The position numbers and the translations under genes are program-made. From positions 2,030 through 66,029 of IMG/VR virus record IMGVR_UViG_3300013126_000027: a DNA stretch of 64,000 bases. The stretch is one strand, 5' to 3'. Under the pieces are notes generated by a model. It was not told where the DNA came from. It made no database searches and worked only from the letters and a program-made list of their open reading frames with translations. The first letter of the stretch is position 1; every line of letters starts with the position of its first letter. Positions 38,419-46,792 of the stretch are shown piece after piece. The stretch comes from a virus (Duplodnaviria; Caudoviricetes).

Positions 38419-40215
38419 TCAGAAAGAACCTCCATCAAGTACATCCGGCAATATTACGGGTTGTGCAAATTCCGCAGGGAATGCAATGACAGGAACGCTT
38501 GGAAGAGGAGCGACTCCTGGCAATTGATTGGTGGGATCTGTATTTGCAATCCCTGTCTGACCTGGATAACCCTGCAAGAGGCTTGCTGCTTCGTTGGGGA
38601 CAGCGTATAGGCTGATTGTCGGCAAGCCTGGCAGTCCTGTGGCTGCCTGTGCCGACCCTGTTCCTCCTGCTCCCATGACAAGGCTTGAATCGGACACGCC
38701 TGGTGCCGTGGGCGGAATCGGAGGAAGGGATACCGCAGCGACTTGCGTGGACGAGGAATCGTTTCGGGATTCGGACTCATCGCTGAGTGCCGAAAGTGCC
38801 GCTGCTCCTGCAACGATTCCCAATCTTGCGGCACCCTCAAGGAGTCTTTGCGTACTTGGCGACAGTTCGGTTCCTTCTTCAGGCTCGGTGACCTCAGCCC
38901 CGCCAACCTCATCGGGAACGGCAGCAGGGGCAGACCCGTTGAAAGTTGTCGTGCTTGCACTTGTCGATGCGACTTCCGTGGTCTGCGTGCTTGCTGCCGT
39001 GGTTGTCGTGGAAGAGGTTGTCGTTGTTGCTTGACTGGTGGCGACTGCTCCCGCCGGTACTGTTCCCTCAGACTGCTTCTGCAATGTGCTTGAAGGCGTG
39101 GTATTTCCTGCAACCACGCCCGCCGTGGATGGGCTTCCAAGAGATGGCAAGACTCTCGTATCGCCTGTTGTGCTTGGATCGGGGAACTCAACTCTTCGCT
39201 TCTCTATCTGATCCAAACCACCAACGCTCACGGAAGAAGAGTTGACTCCTTCGGGATTCAGGTCTATTCTCGGGGCAATCAAGGTCATGTTGCCGCCACT
39301 TGACATGGTGTAGGAACCGGAGACCTTGTGTACGAAACTTCCCTTGGTGTGCATGATCACATTTCCATGCACCAATGTACGCACATCTCCATCCACCTCA
39401 AGGTAGAAATCCCTTCCGACCTTGAACTGCGCCCTGCCCTCGTTGGTATACAGGACATTTCCCTTGATCATCGCGGACTTCGATCCTATGGTGATCTCGT
39501 AGTCATCTCCAACGATCTTCGTGACCCGTGAACCGGTTGCGCCGATTTCCTCGAAAGATCCTGACTTGTGATAGCGGTGCAGTCTTTCATTCTGCGGAGT
39601 GTCATCGACTTCGATGATGTGACCCGACTGGCTTTCGTAGACATGGTTGTAGGGATAGGTCGCTCCGTAGGCACTCTGCGGCTCCTGCCAACTTCCCGTC
39701 AACGCCGCAGGAATCTTCGGAATCCTTGCGTCTGCCTTTTCCTTGAGTATGGTCTGCTCAAGGCTTTCGCCTCTGGCAAGCCTGTTTGTGTCCTGCTCTC
39801 CGGCATAGGAATCCAAGGGATATGTGCCGCTTGGGTCGTAGAATCCCTGTTCCGGATCTTTGTACTTTCCGTTGTCATCGGGGAACGGATAGCCTGCCAC
39901 CGTACCCATGATGATCGGGTCTTGTGCATGAGGACCATCTCTAAAGAATCCCACTACCCATGTTCCTGGCAGAACGCCGGTGGGACTTGTTCCCTTACCG
40001 CTGATTGCCGCACTTGTGATTGGTTGTATCACGGAAGCCCAAGGCAACGACTCGGTGGGTATCAGAATCTTGCTGCCCGTGTGAAACCCATAGATGCGAA
40101 CCCTGCATCGTCCGACTTTCAACGGATCATTTATGTCCTCAACGACACCATGCCACCAGACAAAATCCATCTTGCCCAAGTAGTCATTGGGATTTTCCCT
40201 CATCTCATTGAGCAT
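38419..40215 (-). CDS. gp5: Baseplate hub central spike (no lysozyme domain, long C-terminal extension)
   Basis: OB-fold FVWWHGVVEDINDPLKVGRCRVRI, GTWVVGFFRDG, YPYNHVYESQSGH..E.DDTP..ER, beta-helix ending RIDLN. Confidence 0.92.
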   Translation of the reverse strand: MLNEMRENPNDYLGKMDFVWWHGVVEDINDPLKVGRCRVRIYGFHTGSKILIPTESLPWASVIQPITSAAISGKGTSPTGVLPGTWVVGFFRDGPHAQDPIIMGTVAGYPFPDDNGKYKDPEQGFYDPSGTYPLDSYAGEQDTNRLARGESLEQTILKEKADARIPKIPAALTGSWQEPQSAYGATYPYNHVYESQSGHIIEVDDTPQNERLHRYHKSGSFEEIGATGSRVTKIVGDDYEITIGSKSAMIKGNVLYTNEGRAQFKVGRDFYLEVDGDVRTLVHGNVIMHTKGSFVHKVSGSYTMSSGGNMTLIAPRIDLNPEGVNSSSVSVGGLDQIEKRRVEFPDPSTTGDTRVLPSLGSPSTAGVVAGNTTPSSTLQKQSEGTVPAGAVATSQATTTTSSTTTTAASTQTTEVASTSASTTTFNGSAPAAVPDEVGGAEVTEPEEGTELSPSTQRLLEGAARLGIVAGAAALSALSDESESRNDSSSTQVAAVSLPPIPPTAPGVSDSSLVMGAGGTGSAQAATGLPGLPTISLYAVPNEAASLLQGYPGQTGIANTDPTNQLPGVAPLPSVPVIAFPAEFAQPVILPDVLDGGSF

Positions 40216-41519
40216 CAGACTTCCCCACTATCGAAGGTTTGCACTTCAGGAATCTTCTCGTCATATCCATCCTTGACGAGTTCCATCTTCATGTTGTAAC
40301 TGCCATCCCCTATTTCGTGGAGTATTGCCGTCACCATGTAACGACCCGAAAGATAAGGATCATACCAATCGTCCTTGTTCTTTGGGTCTTCGGTGCTTGG
40401 TATGTCAACAGACACCATGTCACCGACTCTTCTCCTTGAATCTCCGTTCACGGTGACCGTCAATGTGTTCGTCCTGAACTGATTCATCTGCGACTGGCGG
40501 CGAGTGGAGATCAATTCCATCTCGTCATTGTCTTCCACGCTGTCGTACCTGAAGGAGTGCTTTGGATAGTATTTTTGATAGGCGGTTACATTGTAACTCA
40601 AGTCATCGGTTATTTTTGAGATAAGCGGATATCTTGAGATGGTGGGAATCCTGTCTCGTTGGGTGCAGTATATGTAAAGATTGGTGGATGCCTTCTTGCC
40701 CAGTATGTCAAGAACCAACGCATTGTTTGAGTAAACTCCCGACACGATTTCCCTCATCTTGTCTCCGCGACCACCAACGGAAAATGAGATGATGTTGTAG
40801 AATTCCTTCTTCATGAATATCTCGCCGGTGTTCTGATCCCTGTTTGTCGGGGTGTGGTGGTACTTGACCAATGTCTCCTGTGCCTTCAATATCGAAAGAG
40901 GCATGAAGTTGTACTTGCCGTCAAGATTCTCGTAGAAAACATAGTCACACACCTCGGGGATTGATTCCGCCGATGATCTCTTTGCCAGCCAATTGATCGC
41001 ATACATGGGATTCCAATTCGGAATGATGGCATTTCTTCTTCCCATGGTAGGGCAGCAGTTTATGCTTATTCCGAATATGTCGTTTCCTATCCTCTCCACC
41101 ATTTCGCTGTAGGGCATGTCGTTGAATGATCTTGAAATCTTCAACTTTGCGTTTTCGTAGGCAGGAACGGAGACAAACTCAAGGCGAACCAATTTCTTTC
41201 CTTCGCCCGAGAGTTTTGTCTCGGATGTGACCTTGTATATCTTGAAGGTCTTTTCGATGAAGTCATTGCTTCCTGCATCGCCTGGTGTCGAGAAGACCAC
41301 TTTCATTGTCTCTCTTCCCGTGATCTGCAAGTATCGAACGAGGTTGATTGAGTCTATCAGCACCAAGAAGCCAGACAGACCATTTGCGAATATGTCTTCA
41401 TAGATGTTGAGCGCAACGAACTGCGACTTCACATCCAATGTTGCTCCTGCCGCCGACTCAATCGTCAGCGAATCGACAAGAATGTCACCAGGATTGAGAA
41501 TTTTGTCGTTATGGAGCAT
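40215..41519 (-). CDS. Baseplate hub protein (gp27-like tail protein)
   Basis: IYEDIFANGLSG..V..DS, IIPNWNPMYAINWL, YVFYE..DG.YNF, V.GDS...VGD, LSGRYMVTAI.H; located between gp53 and gp5. Confidence 0.75.
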   Translation of the reverse strand: MLHNDKILNPGDILVDSLTIESAAGATLDVKSQFVALNIYEDIFANGLSGFLVLIDSINLVRYLQITGRETMKVVFSTPGDAGSNDFIEKTFKIYKVTSETKLSGEGKKLVRLEFVSVPAYENAKLKISRSFNDMPYSEMVERIGNDIFGISINCCPTMGRRNAIIPNWNPMYAINWLAKRSSAESIPEVCDYVFYENLDGKYNFMPLSILKAQETLVKYHHTPTNRDQNTGEIFMKKEFYNIISFSVGGRGDKMREIVSGVYSNNALVLDILGKKASTNLYIYCTQRDRIPTISRYPLISKITDDLSYNVTAYQKYYPKHSFRYDSVEDNDEMELISTRRQSQMNQFRTNTLTVTVNGDSRRRVGDMVSVDIPSTEDPKNKDDWYDPYLSGRYMVTAILHEIGDGSYNMKMELVKDGYDEKIPEVQTFDSGEV

Positions 41520-41525
41520 GTCTTA

Positions 41526-42377
41526 TCATGTGAAGATCGACCTGAACTGCGTCAATATTGCGCTGATGAATTCCGGCTTTACTGCGCGAATGAGCCTTTT
41601 TTCGTCATTCAGGCGGTACTCCTGCGTTCTGTTGTCAACGGCAATGACATCAACGAATCCGATGTCGGTAACATATCTATTCAATATGGAAGAGGCATTT
41701 GCGATGTCGGATGGAGGACCGCTCCTTGGATCCAAAGTATTTCCATCCGAGTCTTCAAAATGATGAATGGAAAATTGCCTTGGCTGCAATCTTGAGAAGG
41801 CAAGGATCTTCGCGGGATCATTGTCAAGATAGAATCTTGCATATCCGTCCTGCGAATAGGCGTAGTCATAGGCAGGATCAAACAAGGATGCCTGTTCCCC
41901 ATCGATGACTATGGAATTGTATGTCGGATCCCATTTGATGATGTCTGCGGACACGGTTGTTCCGTTTGACAAGTCCTGATGTATCGTCTTTGCCCCGCTC
42001 AACAGCAATGTGTTCTGCAACTGAAAGGTATCGGGTATTCTTGCCGTATCGGGATAATAGACGGTATACCCCCTGTGTTTCTCGGAGATGTAACTCTCAA
42101 GTTCCGCAGATGACAATGGCCATTCGAATGTCGGATCGTGAATCTCGTTGAAGAGAAGAATGAGCCAATGCAAATCGGCTCTGTCATAGATCCTGTGGGA
42201 AAGGGTCTCTGGTCTCTCGCCGTCCTGAATTTCATAGGGCAGCGAGGTTATTGCGGCATTCTTGAAGTAGTCGCTTATCTTTGCCCTGACCGTGACATCC
42301 TTGACGACCTGTACCTTCGTAAGGTCATTCTTGTCCATCGTGTACGATATTGAGGGAAAGTATGAGAAGTAGGGCAT
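41526..42377 (-). CDS. gp53: Baseplate wedge component
   Basis: MPYFSYFP.I.Y, Y.IQDGERPETLS..IY...DLHWLILLFN.I.DP..EWPLS, E..LNDEKRLI. Confidence 0.92.
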   Translation of the reverse strand: MPYFSYFPSISYTMDKNDLTKVQVVKDVTVRAKISDYFKNAAITSLPYEIQDGERPETLSHRIYDRADLHWLILLFNEIHDPTFEWPLSSAELESYISEKHRGYTVYYPDTARIPDTFQLQNTLLLSGAKTIHQDLSNGTTVSADIIKWDPTYNSIVIDGEQASLFDPAYDYAYSQDGYARFYLDNDPAKILAFSRLQPRQFSIHHFEDSDGNTLDPRSGPPSDIANASSILNRYVTDIGFVDVIAVDNRTQEYRLNDEKRLIRAVKPEFISAILTQFRSIFT

Positions 42378-42380
42378 GGA

Positions 42381-43679
42381 TTAGAATCCTTGGTCGATGC
42401 GATCCTGTGTGAGGATTTCCATTTCGCTGAACGAAAGGCTCATGGTGATCTGCGTGGGAGCAGCACCTTCCTCATCCGGTCTGAATGTAGTGAAGGGGTT
42501 TGTGCCGTACTTGAGTTGAATGTCCGTCAGCGCACAGCGAGCCATGCGGCTCAAGTAAAGGTTTTCCTTGTCCGTGTTCACGAATGTCAGCCTGAACTCC
42601 GCTGGATAATCAAGGAAACGACCACCGTATGAACGGGAAGGCAAGGAATATCTCTTGAAGGTACGAATGATGGAGTAGACTTCATCGACTTCCTTCCTGC
42701 TCTTTGGTATGAATTCGAAGTCAAAATCAAAAGTCCTTCGCTCAACGCTTTCAAACAATTGAAGAACAAATGGGTTTTGCACTCTTCGCTGACCGGCTTC
42801 AAGGTACTTCTTGAGATTCAAGTCTCCTTCAAGACCGAGTTTGTCTCCCACATCCTTCAGAGCCTCGTCCATTTGCTTGACCGTTCCCATTCCCAATTGC
42901 TTGCTCAATGCTTCCGAAGCCTGCTTTGTGGTTGCATCAAGTTGCCCGTTTGTTGCCATGCTCATCAAATTCTTGATTCCGCCCTGAATTCCCGTAGCCA
43001 TGGTATCAAGCGTGGAAAAACTGGTATCTTGACTGTACTTCATGGAGTACTTTGCAGCGATCCCGCCTGGCATGTAGAGAAAGACAGTCTTTGTCGCTCT
43101 TTGCATCTTTCCGCCCAACCCCAATGCCTCTTGGACGAATCCTTCTTCCCCCTTTCCGAGTTGGTCGATGTTCTGCTTTCCCGCCTGTGCGAGTTGCTGT
43201 ATCAATCCTGTTGCAAGACCCGAATTGACGAGATTCGCCGCCGAGACAATATTTCCGACCGAGAAATCACCGGCAACCTTGATGTCAGTAAATGCCTTGC
43301 CCGTGGCTATTTTCTGTACTTTACCCGCCAAAGCACCGCCTATGGTGGATTCAGGAAGAACCTTGCCACCTGCTTGCGCTCCCTTTGCTATTGAACCTGC
43401 AATTCCCTTTCCTTTCTCAAGAGAAGATGCAAAGAAAGGTTTTTCTCCACGAACGGACTTCAACCCCTCGCCTTGGTTTTCAAAGATGTCAAAGACTATG
43501 AAGTTCTGGTGTTCGGGAGAATCCCCAAGATCAAATGGATAACGATAGAAGGACTTCTCCGTTGGTGAGTATGGTACGGCAGAGACACGGGACAAATCCC
43601 TGTCTGCCTGTCCATCGGCAGAACCCTGAAAGGCTCTGCCATTTCCATAAAGTCTTTGTAGGAATGAGGATGAATTCAA
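42381..43679 (-). CDS. gp48: Baseplate tail tube cap
   Basis: YRYPFD, VFLYMP, NPF.LQLFE.V.RR.F.F.F.F.PKS..E, YP.EF, CALT.I...Y, FSEMEILT. TTG start at 43679 after AGGAG. Confidence 0.88.
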   Translation of the reverse strand: MNSSSFLQRLYGNGRAFQGSADGQADRDLSRVSAVPYSPTEKSFYRYPFDLGDSPEHQNFIVFDIFENQGEGLKSVRGEKPFFASSLEKGKGIAGSIAKGAQAGGKVLPESTIGGALAGKVQKIATGKAFTDIKVAGDFSVGNIVSAANLVNSGLATGLIQQLAQAGKQNIDQLGKGEEGFVQEALGLGGKMQRATKTVFLYMPGGIAAKYSMKYSQDTSFSTLDTMATGIQGGIKNLMSMATNGQLDATTKQASEALSKQLGMGTVKQMDEALKDVGDKLGLEGDLNLKKYLEAGQRRVQNPFVLQLFESVERRTFDFDFEFIPKSRKEVDEVYSIIRTFKRYSLPSRSYGGRFLDYPAEFRLTFVNTDKENLYLSRMARCALTDIQLKYGTNPFTTFRPDEEGAAPTQITMSLSFSEMEILTQDRIDQGF

Positions 43680-43684
43680 GGGGG

Positions 43685-43744
43685 TAGGTCTCCTGTACCT
43701 GTTATTTAGCGCAAATCTGCTAAATATCAAATTGAGGAGACCTA
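43685..43744. promoter_or_regulatory. Dyad-symmetric divergent late promoters and ribosome-binding sites for gp48 and gp4
   Basis: tatttagc 43703-43710 / gctaaata 43719-43726 and taggtctcct 43685-43694 / aggagaccta 43735-43744 share the same axis (43714.5). Confidence 0.8.
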
Positions 43745-44208
43745 TCATTCCAAGAGGAAGTTACAAAGGATTTTACAAGCCAACGAACCCGAGCAAGTAC
43801 CGAGGAGACTCCACTAATTGTGTGTATCGGTCGCTTTGGGAGCGAAGGTTCATGGTCTTCTGTGATACCAATCCAAACATCATAGAGTGGTCTTCGGAGG
43901 AAGTGATCGTTCCATATCGATCCCCGTTCGACAACAAGATTCATCGCTACTTCGTGGACTTTTGGATCAAGACCAAGAACAAGGATGGAGTGATAGAAAC
44001 TGTGCTTGTTGAGATAAAGCCAAAGAAGAAGACGGTGCAACCCGCACCCGTGAGCGTGGGCGCAAAGGTGGGCAAGGGCAAATTGATGGAAGTCAGGGAT
44101 TGGATGATCAACAACGCAAAATGGGAAGCCGCAAGAAACTACTGTGCTGACAGGAAATGGAAGTTTCAAATTCTCACCGAAAACGAGATATTCGGAAACA
44201 GCAAATGA
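43732..44208 (+). CDS. gp4: Head completion protein (TnsA-like endonuclease fold)
   Basis: YKG.Y.P.NP.KY.GD, YRSLWER.FM.FCD.NP.I.EWSSEE, HRYFVDF, VEIKP, N.AKWEAA. Start codon is non-AUG (TTG 43732 or ATT 43747). Confidence 0.92.
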   Translation: MRRPIIPRGSYKGFYKPTNPSKYRGDSTNCVYRSLWERRFMVFCDTNPNIIEWSSEEVIVPYRSPFDNKIHRYFVDFWIKTKNKDGVIETVLVEIKPKKKTVQPAPVSVGAKVGKGKLMEVRDWMINNAKWEAARNYCADRKWKFQILTENEIFGNSK

Positions 44209-44792
44209 GCCAACGAAACGCAATTGCAATACTGCGGCGAATGTTTGCGGAGGGCATCGACATGACCTCTCGCAAGGCTACGAATTGGTTGAGAGACAAT
44301 TTGACAAATGTGGGAGCAATCAATCCCGAAAGCGTCATAAAGACATCAGGTGAGTCCGTCACATTTCAAACTGGCAAGATTTACCTTTTTGGATACAACC
44401 CCAAAACAGGACAGGACTTGAAATACTATGATCGTTTTCCTCTTGCTCTTGTGGTTTCTTACACCGAAGACGGGTTCTTGGGACTCAATTTTCATTACCT
44501 CCACCCAAATGATCGCGCCAGATTTTTCAACAATTTGCAGACCTATGTAAATGATGAGGAATTTGACAGAAATCCCAACGCCATCTTCAGCCTGAACTAT
44601 GGAACCCTGAAGGCAGCAGGAGCCTTGAGATACTACAAGCCGACCATCAAGAGATACTATTACAAGAACATCGTGACAAAAGTGACGGAAGTACCTCCTC
44701 TTTACTGGAAGTTCATGCTCTTCCTTCCGCTTGATCGGTTTGCAAAGGTGATCAAAGAACAAGTCTGGAAAGAATCCAGAAGGAAACTCTAA
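44205..44792 (+). CDS. gp2: DNA end protector protein
   Basis: G.IYLF.Y.PK...L.YYDRFPL, GFLGLNFHYL.P..R, P.IKRY. ATGA overlap with gp4. Confidence 0.92.
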   Translation: MSQRNAIAILRRMFAEGIDMTSRKATNWLRDNLTNVGAINPESVIKTSGESVTFQTGKIYLFGYNPKTGQDLKYYDRFPLALVVSYTEDGFLGLNFHYLHPNDRARFFNNLQTYVNDEEFDRNPNAIFSLNYGTLKAAGALRYYKPTIKRYYYKNIVTKVTEVPPLYWKFMLFLPLDRFAKVIKEQVWKESRRKL

Positions 44793-45823
44793 TGTCAGTC
44801 TTCCAAACAGCAGTAAACCTAATACCAAGTTACCTGTCATCGTTTTTTCCGCCAAATGTCGGGCAAACCAAGTTCAGTCAGGACTCGGCATGGCAGAGTT
44901 ACATACATGATGCGGCATCGAATGGATATGCGCTGCCAAATCGTTTCATGGTTTTCATTGAAAGTCCTTGGCTAAACGACAAGTTTGGCTTTGCACAGAC
45001 CAACTTCGACAAAAGGCTTTCGTTTCGTTGCTGGAGCGTAAATGTACCTTCGCAGTATTTCTCGAAATTGGACAGAGATATCGCCGGTCCGATTCGCAAA
45101 GTACCCTACACGGCAACATTTGACGAGGAACTTGCCATGCAGTTCTACTGCTCACCTGACATGGCCGAATTAGGGTTGTTCAGGAAGTGGATGGATTCCA
45201 TAGTAGACCCTGTTTCTCGCTATGTTTCCTTCTACGATGACTTTGCGAAGGATACGAGGGCAACTCTGCTGTTCATACCAAACAATTACAAGACAATTGC
45301 AGACATTCAGTCTGCATATTCACAAAACAAGTTAAGAGGGCTTCGTTTTACCGAAGTGTATCCAGCAAACATAAGCGTGAATGGTGGAACTGTCGAATGG
45401 GCAAGTTCAACCAAGCCCACATTCTTGAGAATCGGCTTTGCATTCAGAGAGGCGGTGGACATCACCACATACGACAAGATGGTCAGTCAGCAGTTGCAGG
45501 ACTTGGCTGACATTGCAGCAAACCCGTTGTCGAGCAATCTCACCAAGTTCATGCAGGATCAGGGTGCTGAAAACATCGGCATAGACGGCTCGGTGATCAG
45601 GGGCAGCGGAAGCCAAGGCATACTTGCAAACAGCGAGATCGCACAAACAACCATTGCAACAAAGACAGGAAATCTTCCTGCAAATGGTCAGGCTTATGCA
45701 GATGGAGGCACGGTGAAGACCATAGACTTGGGAGGATTGGAAACATTGCAAGCGGGAGGCGGAAACACCAACTTCCCTGCCGGTACTCCGTTTGCGAACA
45801 ATGGTCAGGTTTCCGTTGCGTAA
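44792..45823 (+). CDS. Baseplate tail tube initiator / tube-like protein (gp54-like)
   Basis: G.A.PNRF.V, L..RC.SVNVP, RKVPY, F.KWMD.I, EVYP motifs of the tube-protein family; synteny gp2-54-26. Confidence 0.72.
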   Translation: MSVFQTAVNLIPSYLSSFFPPNVGQTKFSQDSAWQSYIHDAASNGYALPNRFMVFIESPWLNDKFGFAQTNFDKRLSFRCWSVNVPSQYFSKLDRDIAGPIRKVPYTATFDEELAMQFYCSPDMAELGLFRKWMDSIVDPVSRYVSFYDDFAKDTRATLLFIPNNYKTIADIQSAYSQNKLRGLRFTEVYPANISVNGGTVEWASSTKPTFLRIGFAFREAVDITTYDKMVSQQLQDLADIAANPLSSNLTKFMQDQGAENIGIDGSVIRGSGSQGILANSEIAQTTIATKTGNLPANGQAYADGGTVKTIDLGGLETLQAGGGNTNFPAGTPFANNGQVSVA

Positions 45824-45857
45824 ACCACAATAAATACCATGTCTTAAGGAGATTACA

Positions 45858-46583
45858 ATGGCTATACCGATTATTGCTACCCCAACCTATGAATTGACCC
45901 TCCCCTCCACCAAGAAGGTGATAAAGTATCGTCCTTTCCTTGTCAAAGAGGAAAAACTCCTGCTTCTTGCAATGGAGTCAAAAGACCCAAAGCAGATTCA
46001 AAGCACAAGCAAGGATGTCATCAAGAACTGCACATTCGGTGAAATTGATGTCGAAACATGCCCTCCCTTTGACCTTGAGTACATCCTGCTTCAATTACGC
46101 ATTCGCTCGGTGGGAGAAAAAGTCTCCACGAAGATAAAGTGCCTAAAGTGTGATGAGCCTAATGTCGTGGAGGTTGATCTTCTTTCCGTAAATGTCTCGG
46201 CAAGCGAGAATCACAGCAATACCATCAAGTTGTCGGAAAAGATGGGAGTCATAATGAAGTATCCCAACATGGGCAACGAGGACTTGCTTGCGGCGGGAGA
46301 CAAGGAAAAGGATGACCCTGTGCAGAACGCCGAACTTTCCATGAAATTGATCGCTTCATGCATTGAGGTAATCTATGACGGTGACAAGACCTATCAAACC
46401 AAGAATTTCAGCAAGGAAGAAGTCATGGAATTCATAGAGAATATGTCGCAGGGAATGTTCCAAAAGATCATCAAGTTCTTCCAAGACATGCCCGCTCTGC
46501 GTAAGGAAGTGGAATTCAAGTGTGCAAAGTGCGATACTGACAACAAGATCACCATCAGAGGTATTCAAGATTTTTTTACCTGA
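45858..46583 (+). CDS. gp26: Baseplate hub assembly protein
   Basis: MA.P.I.TPTYEL.LPS, YRPFLVKEEK.LL.A.ES, FDLEYI.LQLR.RSVGE, MKYP, terminal G.QDFF. Late promoter at 45830-45836. Confidence 0.92.
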   Translation: MAIPIIATPTYELTLPSTKKVIKYRPFLVKEEKLLLLAMESKDPKQIQSTSKDVIKNCTFGEIDVETCPPFDLEYILLQLRIRSVGEKVSTKIKCLKCDEPNVVEVDLLSVNVSASENHSNTIKLSEKMGVIMKYPNMGNEDLLAAGDKEKDDPVQNAELSMKLIASCIEVIYDGDKTYQTKNFSKEEVMEFIENMSQGMFQKIIKFFQDMPALRKEVEFKCAKCDTDNKITIRGIQDFFT

Positions 46584-46585
46584 TC

Positions 46586-46777
46586 ATGCATTATGAGAGT
46601 CTGTCGAATGTGTTACAGACCAACTTCATAATGCTGAAGGAACACAACTTCAGTCTCACGGAGATAGAGAACATGATTCCGTGGGAACGACAGATTTACA
46701 TAGGACTGCTGATAAATTATGTGAAGGAACAGAAGGAGAGAATGGATCAAGAACAGGCTTCGATGAAACAAGGGTAA
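46586..46777 (+). CDS. gp51: Baseplate hub assembly catalyst
   Basis: NF.M...HNFSLTEIENMIPWER.IY..LL..Y..E. Confidence 0.9.
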   Translation: MHYESLSNVLQTNFIMLKEHNFSLTEIENMIPWERQIYIGLLINYVKEQKERMDQEQASMKQG

Positions 46778-46792
46778 GCCTGAAAAAGGACA

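Noticed and set aside
43732-44208. TnsA transposase / Tn7 element
   Set aside because: T4 gp4 shares this fold. Synteny with gp2 and gp48 and the absence of other transposon genes indicate head completion protein.
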